Shown piece after piece: positions 38,877 through 48,564 of a stretch of DNA of 64,000 nt (positions are counted from its first letter, which is position 1; every line of letters starts with the position of its first letter). The DNA is from Clostridia bacterium (lineage in GTDB: Bacteria; Bacillota; Clostridia; UBA1212; DUPL01), in NCBI GenBank assembly GCA_050951325.1, contig JBMNIW010000004.1:1-64000 (forward strand). Direction: 5' to 3'. Below the pieces are notes generated by a model. The model made no database searches, had not been told where the DNA came from, and saw only the letters and a program-made list of their open reading frames with translations. The position numbers were made by a program, and so were the translations under genes.

Positions 38877-38968
38877 CTGTTTTTTAAGATTTAACATTCT
38901 ATATACAATTTATATAAAAACAGCCTCCGGATCGCTCCGAAGGCATTTAAAACAATATAAACCGATAA

Positions 38969-40033
38969 CTAATTGTATGAACCAACTTCCTTTACAGTAC
39001 TGATAATCCTTGAAAAATTCTCAAAACTCACGCTATTTGGAATTGAATGATCCGATGCGAAAATATAACCTCCGTTTTCCTTCAACTTGGGAACTACCCT
39101 TTTAATCTCCTCAATGATTTTCTCAGAATCACTCCAAAGTACTGCATTAACTCCCCCATGCAGACTCAGCTTCTCGCCGTACGCCTTCTTTATCCTTAAG
39201 GGGTCCATTCCCGCCTTGACTTCCAGAGGGTTCAGTATATCCACCCCTATTTCCACAATATCGGGCAAAAAGTTCATTACATTGCCGCAGGAGTGCAAAT
39301 GTGCAAATACACCCTTTTCATGTGCGTAATCCACAGCTCTCTTGTGAAAAGGCTTTAGGAGCTTTTCATAAAGATCCTTGGAAAAGAAAGTGGTGTTTTT
39401 GTATCCCATATCATCCGGCCAGTAGATGGAATCAAATTTAAAACCTCTATCCCAAACCATGTCAAAATATTTGATGCAGCAGGTCAGATATGTATCAAAA
39501 ATATCCATAACCCATTCAGGTTCCTCAAGCATTGCAACGAGGATGGTTTCAGTACCTGACATCCATGAATGAGCTACATCAAAGCCAAACCAGAAATCCG
39601 CTTGAATAAAACTTCCGTTTTCTACCCATCTTGGGTAATTGGCTTCAAGATATGCAAAATCTACCTTCCCCTCATTTATGTCCAGCATTCTCTTTTTGGC
39701 ATCCTGCCACGCAGCGGACGAGTTTACCTTGAAATCAATAAAGTCGGGGGTTGAATCCTCTTCCTTGAACTGCTTCAGGGTTACTCCCCAGCCAGTTGTG
39801 TAGATAACATATCTGTCGGTCTCTTCAACTAGCTTGGCAGGGTATCTGGGAGAAATGTCAACTCCAATTCTTTCAACTTTGTCTATATTGAAGTAATCCC
39901 TGTAATCCACATTATCAGGCATTCCTTCCCTTATCCACCTTCTTATCGTTCCAGCCCAAGGTTGATCCACAATAGGCACCCTGTCAGCTTCCTTGTGATT
40001 AAGTATGCGATACATCCTCTCTCTTGTGGTCAC
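38969..40033 (-). CDS. Uroporphyrinogen decarboxylase-like (URO-D/MtaA-CmuA) family protein
   Basis: TTRERM...EADRVP, DDMG, HSCG and GGYIFASDHSIP; GTG start after GGGAGG. Confidence 0.82.
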   Translation of the reverse strand: MTTRERMYRILNHKEADRVPIVDQPWAGTIRRWIREGMPDNVDYRDYFNIDKVERIGVDISPRYPAKLVEETDRYVIYTTGWGVTLKQFKEEDSTPDFIDFKVNSSAAWQDAKKRMLDINEGKVDFAYLEANYPRWVENGSFIQADFWFGFDVAHSWMSGTETILVAMLEEPEWVMDIFDTYLTCCIKYFDMVWDRGFKFDSIYWPDDMGYKNTTFFSKDLYEKLLKPFHKRAVDYAHEKGVFAHLHSCGNVMNFLPDIVEIGVDILNPLEVKAGMDPLRIKKAYGEKLSLHGGVNAVLWSDSEKIIEEIKRVVPKLKENGGYIFASDHSIPNSVSFENFSRIISTVKEVGSYN

Positions 40034-40084
40034 TATGCACAACCTCCCATTCAAAAATGAAGCTCAGGTCAAACTGACCCGAGC

Positions 40085-41449
40085 CTATTCATCATAACTC
40101 AATTTAACAGGACCAAAGGCAGGAATCGAATATCCTTCCTCATCCGTAATGTTACACCTTGGATTCAATCCGTATCCATAGGCGATATGTACATCGTTCT
40201 GCAGTATAAAATCAATAGACATATTAACGCGCACAATAGCGGTTTCTTCAATCAAGGAGACATTGTAAATGAAGTCTCCCAGCTTTCTGCCTCCGGAAAC
40301 CAGTTCAAAACCCATGGCACTCGGTTCTGCCTTCAATTTGCCGTGCAGATTGGAAAATGTGACTACGATATCCGTCCACAAAGGCTCATGGCTGTTCATT
40401 TTCATCTTGATACTGTCAAGGCGGATGCCGGGCAGGCAGCTCTTTGCGTCATATCCATGTATCAAACCGTACATGAGCTCCGCCGCATTTCTTCCAATAA
40501 CCTTCTGAGAGTTGCTTGACACATGAATAGGATCAGAAAGCTCATAAGATATGGTATACACTGTATCCAGCCCCTTGATCTTTTCATGCAGTGTCCTCTG
40601 CACTTCCCTTATCTTGGTCCAGCTTTTGTCGGCATTTTCATCTCCAACAGCTGCAAGTCTTGAAATCTGTACCTGAACGAAAGGCAGATTCTCACCAAAG
40701 TCCCTTCTTACGCAGCTTACAAAGTTTATCATCTTCTCTTCAAAAACTTCCGAAAGCTCAGGAGACGCATCGGAGCAGCCCTGGTACCAGAACATACCCT
40801 TTACCCTGGAACCATTATGAACAAACCTTCTATACATCGCGCCGTAAAGACTTTCATCTCCGCCCAGGTCCCTTCCTTCCGGCGACCACTGGTCCATGCT
40901 TGTTCCACCATGGGCACAGCAAATAACGCCCTGGGGAACCTGTTCGTAGTCATACATCTTCTGGGCAAAAAACAAACCAGGACCAACACATCTGACTCTG
41001 GGACCTGCTGGAGGCGGCACATCAGGAAGCAGTTTTCTATGTACCTTGTCCTTTGCATTCCATAAATCATGCATACGTATTAATTCTGCCGCACCCCACT
41101 CATCATCCATGTAGAATGCCCGTATATGATCCTCCGCCTTCATTTTTATATCCTCGCTGGTGAGTTCACCAACACCTTCCATGTTGGACTGGCCACCCAA
41201 AAGCCATACATCTCCCACATAAATGTCCGTATAAGTCTTTCCGTCAATATTTACCGAGTACGGACCGCCGGTGGGAATGCCGCCTAAAATATATGCGCCA
41301 TTATCAGCCTTATGCAAATCCAACTCTTTGAATAAGCCATCTTCCTTGAAATATTTTGCGTTTTTGATCTCTTTTTCCGGGTAGATTATTATTTCCGCCA
41401 CATTATGACGATTTCTCTGCATAACCATACCGGATACTATTCCAATCAT
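40085..41449 (-). CDS. Sialate O-acetylesterase (SASA/SGNH) family carbohydrate esterase
   Basis: GDVWLLGGQSNM, GGTS, WYQGCSD and DPIH. Confidence 0.85.
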   Translation of the reverse strand: MIGIVSGMVMQRNRHNVAEIIIYPEKEIKNAKYFKEDGLFKELDLHKADNGAYILGGIPTGGPYSVNIDGKTYTDIYVGDVWLLGGQSNMEGVGELTSEDIKMKAEDHIRAFYMDDEWGAAELIRMHDLWNAKDKVHRKLLPDVPPPAGPRVRCVGPGLFFAQKMYDYEQVPQGVICCAHGGTSMDQWSPEGRDLGGDESLYGAMYRRFVHNGSRVKGMFWYQGCSDASPELSEVFEEKMINFVSCVRRDFGENLPFVQVQISRLAAVGDENADKSWTKIREVQRTLHEKIKGLDTVYTISYELSDPIHVSSNSQKVIGRNAAELMYGLIHGYDAKSCLPGIRLDSIKMKMNSHEPLWTDIVVTFSNLHGKLKAEPSAMGFELVSGGRKLGDFIYNVSLIEETAIVRVNMSIDFILQNDVHIAYGYGLNPRCNITDEEGYSIPAFGPVKLSYDE

Positions 41450-41594
41450 GATGTAATTCTCCTTTGCATTAAGATTCAGCAATATATTAACCCTAAAACA
41501 ATTGGCTTGTCAACATAAAGATAATTCAACAAATATATTTTTTATGATATAATTGGAGATATTCGCAAATAAATATCAAGAAGGAATGAAACAT

Positions 41595-42596
41595 ATGGAC
41601 TATAGAAATGTAAAAAAAAGACTTGTATTCTCTACATCAAACAACCCATGGTTCAATCTGGCTCTTGAGGAGTATCTTTTCAACACCATGGAAGACGACA
41701 CAGTTATTATGTACTTGTGGCAGAATGAAAACACAGTAGTTATTGGAAAAACACAGAATGCATGGAAGGAATGCAGAACCGCCCTTCTTGAAGAGGAAGG
41801 CGGATACCTCGCAAGACGCAGCACAGGCGGCGGTGCGGTTTACCATGACCTCGGCAACATGTGTTATACATTCATGGCGTCTTCCAATTTGTACGATCTT
41901 GAAAGGCAGCTCAAAGTGATTCTTGGTGCTGTTAGGGACCAAGGTATTGAAGCCCAGTTCACCGGTAGAAACGATATAACTTTAATGGATGGAAGAAAGT
42001 TCTCCGGTAATGCATTCAAGTTCATAAAGGACAAGGGACTCATGCACGGCACGTTGCTTCTCAATACAGATTCGTCTGTAATGGCAAGATATCTGCAGGT
42101 GTCGAAAGCAAAAATGCAGGCAAAAGGAGTGGAATCAGTCCGTTCCAGGGTTGCAAACCTTATAGAATTGAACCCCGATATTACTCCTGAAAAGATATCC
42201 GAATCATTAAAAAAGGAATTTTCAAAAGAGTACGGTTCTTGGGAAACCGAAGAAATATACGGCATGTATGACGATATCCCCGAGGAACTAAAGAAACTGT
42301 ACGAGAAGTACTCATCATGGGAATTCAGATACGGTGAAACCCCTTCCTTTGACATGGCATTTGAAAACAGGTTCACATGGGGTGGAATAGACATTAACTT
42401 GTCGGTTGAAAAAGGCGTTATAACGAAAGCGTATGTTTACTCTGATGCAATGGACACAGCTGTTGCAGAAACACTAGCGGATTTGCTTCCTGGAATCCCT
42501 CTTGACAGGGATGAGATACTTGATAAATTAAATGAAGCAGGTATAAATCTTACTGAACTTAAAGATGTGAAAAACTGGCTTGCGGAAGTCCTTTAG
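41595..42596 (+). CDS. lplA: Lipoate-protein ligase A
   Basis: [32 protein letters not shown] and SVRSRV. Confidence 0.93.
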   Translation: MDYRNVKKRLVFSTSNNPWFNLALEEYLFNTMEDDTVIMYLWQNENTVVIGKTQNAWKECRTALLEEEGGYLARRSTGGGAVYHDLGNMCYTFMASSNLYDLERQLKVILGAVRDQGIEAQFTGRNDITLMDGRKFSGNAFKFIKDKGLMHGTLLLNTDSSVMARYLQVSKAKMQAKGVESVRSRVANLIELNPDITPEKISESLKKEFSKEYGSWETEEIYGMYDDIPEELKKLYEKYSSWEFRYGETPSFDMAFENRFTWGGIDINLSVEKGVITKAYVYSDAMDTAVAETLADLLPGIPLDRDEILDKLNEAGINLTELKDVKNWLAEVL

Positions 42597-43099
42597 GACT
42601 TACCGCAACATTTTTTATACTTCTTTCCACTGCCGCAAGTACAGGGATCGTTTCTTCCAACAGTATTTTCTCTTACTGCCTGTCCTTCCCTTCTGTACTC
42701 AAACAAAAGATCGCGTCTTTTTTCTTCATCGAAGATGCCTTCCCATTCAGGTAGATTGTAAAGCCAGTCAGCCTTTGCCTTGTGCATGTTCTTGTACAGC
42801 CTTGCCCAGTCAACAGTTGCACAAACCTCTGTTTCAGGTCCCAACTGCTCCGCATCAATGGAAGGGTCAACTGACTCAGCGATGCCGTCCATAAACGCAG
42901 CAAACTCGTAATCTTCCATTCCAAATTTCTCTGCAAGTTCGGAAACTATTCCCGATATCTCAGGATTCTTTTCTCCGAGAATTCTTGCATATGCATTTTC
43001 CTCTTTTTTGTAATACCCTTTAATATACTCGTTTAGTGCATTACCTCTTAAATTTTGCAAATTATCTTTCCACTTTTCAAGCAAACTCAATTCAATCAC
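42593..43099 (-). CDS. SEC-C motif domain protein
   Basis: C-terminal [19 protein letters not shown]; [12 protein letters not shown]. Confidence 0.9.
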   Translation of the reverse strand: MIELSLLEKWKDNLQNLRGNALNEYIKGYYKKEENAYARILGEKNPEISGIVSELAEKFGMEDYEFAAFMDGIAESVDPSIDAEQLGPETEVCATVDWARLYKNMHKAKADWLYNLPEWEGIFDEEKRRDLLFEYRREGQAVRENTVGRNDPCTCGSGKKYKKCCGKS

Positions 43100-43892
43100 T
43101 CTTTCTTACAACTTCATATATCATAAGTGCGGCAGCTACCGACGCATTTAACGATTCCGCTCTTCCCGGCATGGGAATATATATCTTGTAATCGCAAACT
43201 GAAAGCATTTTATCGCTAACACCATTTGCCTCGTTTCCAATCACAATGCAGTTGTGATTTCCAAACTCTGTTTCAAAAGAACTCAAGTCTCCCCTGGGAT
43301 GAGCACAGTACAGTTTAAAACCTCTTTCTTTAAGTTTCACAGCAAAATCTTTTGTATCCTCATCCAGCATGACAATATCTATGCGAAAGATGGATCCCAC
43401 TGTCGACCTGAGCACTTTCGAATTGTACACATCTACCGTACCTTTAGAACACACAACCGCATCAAAACCCGCCGCATCTGCTGTTCTAATAATTGTACCC
43501 ATGTTGCCCGGGTCCTGCAGATTTTCCAAAAGCACAATATTCCTCATATTGGATAAAGCACTTTTATTAATAACTGGAATTTGAAAAACTCCCCCAATAC
43601 CTTGAGGAGTTTTCGTATCACTCAACTGTGAAAACACCTTGTCATTTGCTATCAATAAAACTTGCTTCGCATCAATTCCTTGTGCGAAGCAAATATCCAA
43701 AAGTTCCACATATGAGTCTTGTTTTGTGTAGGATTCCGAAACCAGCAGCATTTGCGGTCTTTTACCTAACAGAATGCCTTCTGTTACGGCTCTGTGACCT
43801 TCGATGTAAAAGCAGTTGTGCTTTTCCCTGAATTTTCGCTTGCTCAGACTCCTTACAAATTTAATCTTCGTGTTTTGATCACTGGTAATCAT
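43092..43892 (-). CDS. TrmH/SpoU family RNA methyltransferase
   Basis: [19 protein letters not shown] and ESLNASVAA. Confidence 0.92.
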   Translation of the reverse strand: MITSDQNTKIKFVRSLSKRKFREKHNCFYIEGHRAVTEGILLGKRPQMLLVSESYTKQDSYVELLDICFAQGIDAKQVLLIANDKVFSQLSDTKTPQGIGGVFQIPVINKSALSNMRNIVLLENLQDPGNMGTIIRTADAAGFDAVVCSKGTVDVYNSKVLRSTVGSIFRIDIVMLDEDTKDFAVKLKERGFKLYCAHPRGDLSSFETEFGNHNCIVIGNEANGVSDKMLSVCDYKIYIPMPGRAESLNASVAAALMIYEVVRKSD

Positions 43893-43893
43893 G

Positions 43894-44244
43894 TTACTTT
43901 GCTTTTACAGTCTCAACCAACTTTGCAAAAGCTTCCATATCATTTACAGCCATGTCAGCAAGAACTTTTCTGTTCAGGTGGATGTTTTTCTCCTTAAGTC
44001 CATGCATGAACTTGCTGTAGGACATGCCGTTCATTCTTGCAGCGGCATTGATTCTTGTAATCCAGAGTCTTCTGAAGTCTCTCTTCTTGCGTCTTCTATC
44101 TCTATATGCATAATTAGCAGATTTGATAACAGCCTGGTTTGCGGTTCTGAACACTTTGCTCTTTCTGCCAAAATAACCTTTTGCCAGCTTCAGGACTTTT
44201 TTACGTCTTGCTCTTGTTTGTACTGAATTCTTAACTCTTGCCAT
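43894..44244 (-). CDS. rplT: 50S ribosomal protein L20
   Basis: MARVK...AKGYFG...[21 protein letters not shown]. Confidence 0.98.
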   Translation of the reverse strand: MARVKNSVQTRARRKKVLKLAKGYFGRKSKVFRTANQAVIKSANYAYRDRRRKKRDFRRLWITRINAAARMNGMSYSKFMHGLKEKNIHLNRKVLADMAVNDMEAFAKLVETVKAK

Positions 44245-44259
44245 TTTCACATTCCTCCC

Positions 44260-44457
44260 TTACGAATATGGAAGCAGTTTCTTAACAACTGCTGAATTTG
44301 ATTTTGCTGCAAAAGTTGGCATCTTGTGTCTTTTCTTTGCACTCTTTGACTTACTTACCAGTCTGTGACGTCTATTCGCATGACTCATTTTTACTTTACC
44401 ACCAGCAGAGATCTTGAATCTCTTCTTAGAAGAACTGTGGGTTTTCAATTTTGGCAT
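44260..44457 (-). CDS. rpmI: 50S ribosomal protein L35
   Basis: MPKLKTH...KRFK; lies between infC and rplT; GGAGG RBS. Confidence 0.95.
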   Translation of the reverse strand: MPKLKTHSSSKKRFKISAGGKVKMSHANRRHRLVSKSKSAKKRHKMPTFAAKSNSAVVKKLLPYS

Positions 44458-44515
44458 AATAATTCCTCCATATCGCTTCATAATATTATAATAACAACAC
44501 TTGTTGGGTAATCTG

Positions 44516-45025
44516 CTATTTTGGATTGATGATAACAGACATGCGTCTTCCTTCGAGTTTTGGTTTCTTTTCCATAGTCCCTACTTCAGACACGCACTCA
44601 ACAAAGCGGTTGATTAATTCGTGTCCTCTGTCTGTAAAATTCATTTCTCGTCCAACAAACCTAACGGTCAGCTTGACCTTGTCCTCACTCTTCAGGAACC
44701 GGATTGCTTGTTTGACCTTAACATTAAAATCATGTTCGCCTATGTCAAGACCAATTCTAACCTCTTTGACATTGACAATCTTTTGATTCTTTCTGACCTC
44801 TTTTTCCTTCTTGGCCAAATCGAACATATACTTTCCATAGTCCATTATCTTGCACACTGGCGGATTCGCATTCGGTGCAATTTTGACCAAATCCAGGTTT
44901 TTCTCATAGGCAATTTTCAGCGCTTCCTTCGAAGAAACAATTCCAAGGGCTTTTCCGGTCTCATCGACAAGCCTAACTTCCCTGTCTCTGATTTCTTCGT
45001 TTATCATCAGTTCATTCTTGCTAAT
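44516..45025 (-). CDS. infC: Translation initiation factor IF-3, ATT start
   Basis: INEEIR..EVRLV and PPVCKIMDYGK; GGAGG RBS followed by in-frame ATT at 45023-45025. Confidence 0.96.
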   Translation of the reverse strand: MSKNELMINEEIRDREVRLVDETGKALGIVSSKEALKIAYEKNLDLVKIAPNANPPVCKIMDYGKYMFDLAKKEKEVRKNQKIVNVKEVRIGLDIGEHDFNVKVKQAIRFLKSEDKVKLTVRFVGREMNFTDRGHELINRFVECVSEVGTMEKKPKLEGRRMSVIINPK

Positions 45026-45039
45026 AGCAGACACCTCCA

Positions 45040-45172
45040 AAAAGATATAGCGGATTAGAATAAAGTCTAATCCGCTTGAACTCAAACAAAACAAGATACA
45101 TTTAATATCCTTTGTCAGTAACCTGGGCTGCCAATGGCACCAAGGTGAGAAGCGGAAGACTTCTTCTTAAAT
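45040..45172 (-). ncRNA. Ribosomal protein L20 leader
   Basis: AGAAG...CGCTTCTCACC...CAGGT motif then AGCGGATTAGA...TCTAATCCGCT terminator-like stem, directly upstream of infC-rpmI-rplT. Confidence 0.75.
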
Positions 45173-45180
45173 CCTTTAGT

Positions 45181-45209
45181 ATTCTATCATCAATATGCAA
45201 TTGTGTCAA
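45181..45209 (-). promoter_or_regulatory. SigA promoter of the infC operon
   Basis: TTGACA-17-TAGAAT with extended TG. Confidence 0.75.
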
Positions 45210-45220
45210 ACACTTTTTTT

Positions 45221-45250
45221 GCATAAAATTATGCAAAATCATTCATACTA
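45221..45250 (+). promoter_or_regulatory. Forespore SigG-like promoter
   Basis: GCATA-18-CATACTA upstream of 45273. Confidence 0.6.
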
Positions 45251-45272
45251 TTAAAAAATCCCGGAGGAAATC

Positions 45273-45701
45273 ATGAAAAAAGACGCAGACCTTCTAAACA
45301 ATATATACCAAAACTCCCAGATGGGAGTCAATACGATGAAACAGCTAATTGAAATAACAGAGGATGAAAATTTCAAAAAGCAGCTGGAAGAGCAGTACAA
45401 GGAATACAAAGAGATAAGAAAGCTTGCAGAGCAAAAATTAAATGAAAGAGGATATGACGAAAAAGGAATCAATACCTTCGACAAGATTAAGACATACCTT
45501 ATGATAAACTTTCAAACATTAACCGACAAATCCACATCCCATATTGCAGAGATGCTTATGATTGGCAGCATGATGGGAATCATTAATGCTGTAAGGAATC
45601 TAAAGGAGCATAAAGATTGTGAAAACGACATCCTCGACCTTATGGAACGTCTATTAAAATTCGAAGAACACAATATCCAAAAACTGAAAGAATACTTGTA
45701 A
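45273..45701 (+). CDS. Conserved helical (ferritin-like) hypothetical protein, possibly spore-associated
   Basis: GGAGG RBS; YQNSQMG and DKSTSHIAEMLMIGSMMG; own terminator. Confidence 0.7.
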   Translation: MKKDADLLNNIYQNSQMGVNTMKQLIEITEDENFKKQLEEQYKEYKEIRKLAEQKLNERGYDEKGINTFDKIKTYLMINFQTLTDKSTSHIAEMLMIGSMMGIINAVRNLKEHKDCENDILDLMERLLKFEEHNIQKLKEYL

Positions 45702-45729
45702 TCCTGAATGCATGACGCATTCAGGATTT
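45701..45729. terminator. Hairpin terminator
   Basis: ATCCTGAATGC-n5-GCATTCAGGAT perfect stem. Confidence 0.7.
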
Positions 45730-45863
45730 AACCTTCATTACTCATACACCTTTCAACTCTTCCGTCCTAACTAAGTTTTCTACAGTACATCCACCCGAAT
45801 TCCATTTTAGAAATAAAAGGTACTCTTCACCGAAATCCATAAAAGAATCACCACTTAAGGCAT

Positions 45864-46735
45864 TCAAGATTGTTCAAGTTCAACAACAAACGGCATAGGT
45901 TCAGACAAATTATTTCCTCTAACCTTTGAAAATACTGTGGTGTTAAAATAGGCACAGCTTTTACCATCCCCGGATATTAAAACATATATGTTTTCCACCT
46001 TAATCCAGCATTCCGTTTTGAAGTAATCACTAATACTTTTTACCATTGCCTTCTCGCACTCTTTTACATCAATATTGAACTCTCTGTTTTTAAACTCTTG
46101 CAGGTATTCCATGTTTGGAAGAAAAACTCCTACAATCTCGCCCTGGGCGGTGACCGATACCTCTGGCATGGTTGCACCGGCCTTGTAACCGTCAAACTCC
46201 ATAGAATAGCTGTAAACTCCAATGTCACTAAAACTGTTTGCATTGCGGCGCGGCATGTTAACTTCATCCACCTTGAAATCTCCCAAATCAACATACTTGC
46301 TCAGAAACTCATTTGCTATCTCTGCCAGATCCTGTTTATTTTTTATAGACCTCGCCTCTGTCACTTTTAAATTATGAATTCTGTGCAGTTTATCTGTTCC
46401 TGAAACGAAAAAGATCATCGGCTTGTTGATGCTTCCGTTAAAATACGGTTCGGCATTCAACACTGAATAAACATCGACATCATAACCAAAGCTTACCCCT
46501 TTTGGCCTGGTATATTCGTACTGAAGCTCATATGTAACACCATTGATTTCATATTCCATTCGTTTTCCCGACAACTTATCCAAAACAACCTTATCCGGAT
46601 GCAAATCCTTATCATGCACACGGCAATTGTAGACTGTTAAATAACTTTCTTCAACTTCCACTTCAGCTTCTTCACAGGCTGATGCGGCAAACAATAAAAC
46701 AAGACACAAGACAAAAACATGCACCGCTTAATCAT
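45864..46735 (-). CDS. Hypothetical lipoprotein; probable 1-nt indel in the signal peptide
   Basis: ASAC lipobox; the ATG with GGAGG RBS (46735, MIKR) is out of frame with ORF 45864-46724. Confidence 0.6.
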
Positions 46736-46824
46736 TACAAGCCTCCTGTAATTCTTTTACGTTATTGCTATTATCAGTATAGCAATTTTTGGTTTTTGCC
46801 GTGTGTCCTTTATGTAAATATTCC

Positions 46825-48564
46825 TTATTCAAACTGTGAATAGTACATCTCGTAGTACATGCCCTTTTTCTTCAAAAGGTCCTCATGTGTTCCCATTTCC
46901 ACAATGTTGCCTTCATCCACCACAAGTATTACGTCAGAATTCCTTATGGTGGACAACCTGTGGGCAATAACAAAGCAGGTTTTGTCCTTCATCAGGTTTC
47001 TCATGGCTTTTTGAATCTTAATCTCGGTATTCGTATCCACATTGGATGTGGCTTCGTCAAGAATCAGTATTTTTGCATCTATCAGCATGGCTCGTGCAAT
47101 AGTAAGAAGCTGTTTCTGCCCTTTGGATATGTTGGCAGCATCATCACTGAGGACTGTATCATATCCCTTTGGCAATTTTTCAATAAAGGAGTGTATCATT
47201 GCAGCTTTTGCAGCTTCCTCGACTTCCTCTCTTGATGCATTTTCCTTCCCATACGCAATGTTTTCAAATACTGTTCCGCTGAAAAGCCAGGTATCCTGAA
47301 GCACCATGGCATAAGACTTTCTCAAACTCGCCCTGGTTATGTCTTCAACAGGAACACCATCAACAAGTATTATTCCATCATCCACATCGTAAAATCTCAT
47401 AAGAAGATTAATGAGGGTTGTTTTTCCCGCACCAGTCTTCCCCACAATTGCAACCAAACTTCCTTTGGGAGCAATCAAATTTAAATTCTTTATAACCAAC
47501 TTATCCTTTGTATACCCAAAGTTTACATCCTCAAGCTTTACATCTCCTTCCACACCATCAAGAACAACTGCATCCTTGGAGTCTTCCTTCTCAGGTTCCT
47601 CGTCTAGCAATCGAAAGACCCTTTCAGCAGCAGCCAGTGCTGACTGCAATTCTGTTGCAATATTGGCCATCTCGTTAATCGGTCCCGAGAACTTCCTGGA
47701 GTACAATACAAAGGATGCGATATCTCCAAGACTTATCGTTCTGTATAGGTACATGATGGCACCAAACACACTGATAAGCGAGAGCGACAGGTTGTTGACA
47801 AAGTTTATGGAAGGGCCTGTCATGCTGCCGTAATATTCTGACTTATAGTAAGCGGTGGCAGTCTTTTCGTTATAGTCCACAAACTTGTCAATTGTAGAAT
47901 CTTCACTATTGTATGCCCTCAAGGTTTTTTGTCCGGTTACCATTTCCTCGACAAAGCCATTCATTTCGCCCAGTCTTGCAGACCTTGCCTTGAAAAGTGG
48001 ACTCGTTCTTTTTGTTATGAACCTAGTTAAAAATATGGATGTGGGTACTGTAAATGCAAACACAAGCACCAGATATGGAGATATCACCAGCATCATGACA
48101 AGAGATCCTATGACGGTTATAAAGCTGGCGGATATCTGTACAAGGTCCGATGACAGCGAAGTATTTATAGTATCAATGTCATACGACATCCTGCTGATAA
48201 TGTCTCCCGTAGGATTCACATCGAAAAATCCTACCGGAAGCGTTGTTATCTTCTCAAACACATCTTTCCTCATGTTGTAAACAACCTTTCGGCTTATGTA
48301 AACCATGAGCAAGGATAACAGATACGTAAGAATCGAGGACAAAAGGTAGACAACAAGCATCAAAACAGCTATTTGAAAAACTTTTTGAAAATTGACACTA
48401 CCCGTTCCCGGCTCAATATAGCTGATGGCTTTACCAGACATCATGGGACCAATGAGGTTGAAGGCATTGCCGATTATGGTAAGCACCAATGCCAGAACGA
48501 GATGCCATTTGAAATCCTTCATGTATTGCAAAAGCCTAATAACCGTATGCTTTTTTTTCTTCAT
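46825..48564 (-). CDS. ABC exporter, fused permease/ATPase (heterodimer subunit)
   Basis: TM domain; GKTGAGKT, ISKGQKQ and LDEATS. Confidence 0.93.
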   Translation of the reverse strand: MKKKKHTVIRLLQYMKDFKWHLVLALVLTIIGNAFNLIGPMMSGKAISYIEPGTGSVNFQKVFQIAVLMLVVYLLSSILTYLLSLLMVYISRKVVYNMRKDVFEKITTLPVGFFDVNPTGDIISRMSYDIDTINTSLSSDLVQISASFITVIGSLVMMLVISPYLVLVFAFTVPTSIFLTRFITKRTSPLFKARSARLGEMNGFVEEMVTGQKTLRAYNSEDSTIDKFVDYNEKTATAYYKSEYYGSMTGPSINFVNNLSLSLISVFGAIMYLYRTISLGDIASFVLYSRKFSGPINEMANIATELQSALAAAERVFRLLDEEPEKEDSKDAVVLDGVEGDVKLEDVNFGYTKDKLVIKNLNLIAPKGSLVAIVGKTGAGKTTLINLLMRFYDVDDGIILVDGVPVEDITRASLRKSYAMVLQDTWLFSGTVFENIAYGKENASREEVEEAAKAAMIHSFIEKLPKGYDTVLSDDAANISKGQKQLLTIARAMLIDAKILILDEATSNVDTNTEIKIQKAMRNLMKDKTCFVIAHRLSTIRNSDVILVVDEGNIVEMGTHEDLLKKKGMYYEMYYSQFE

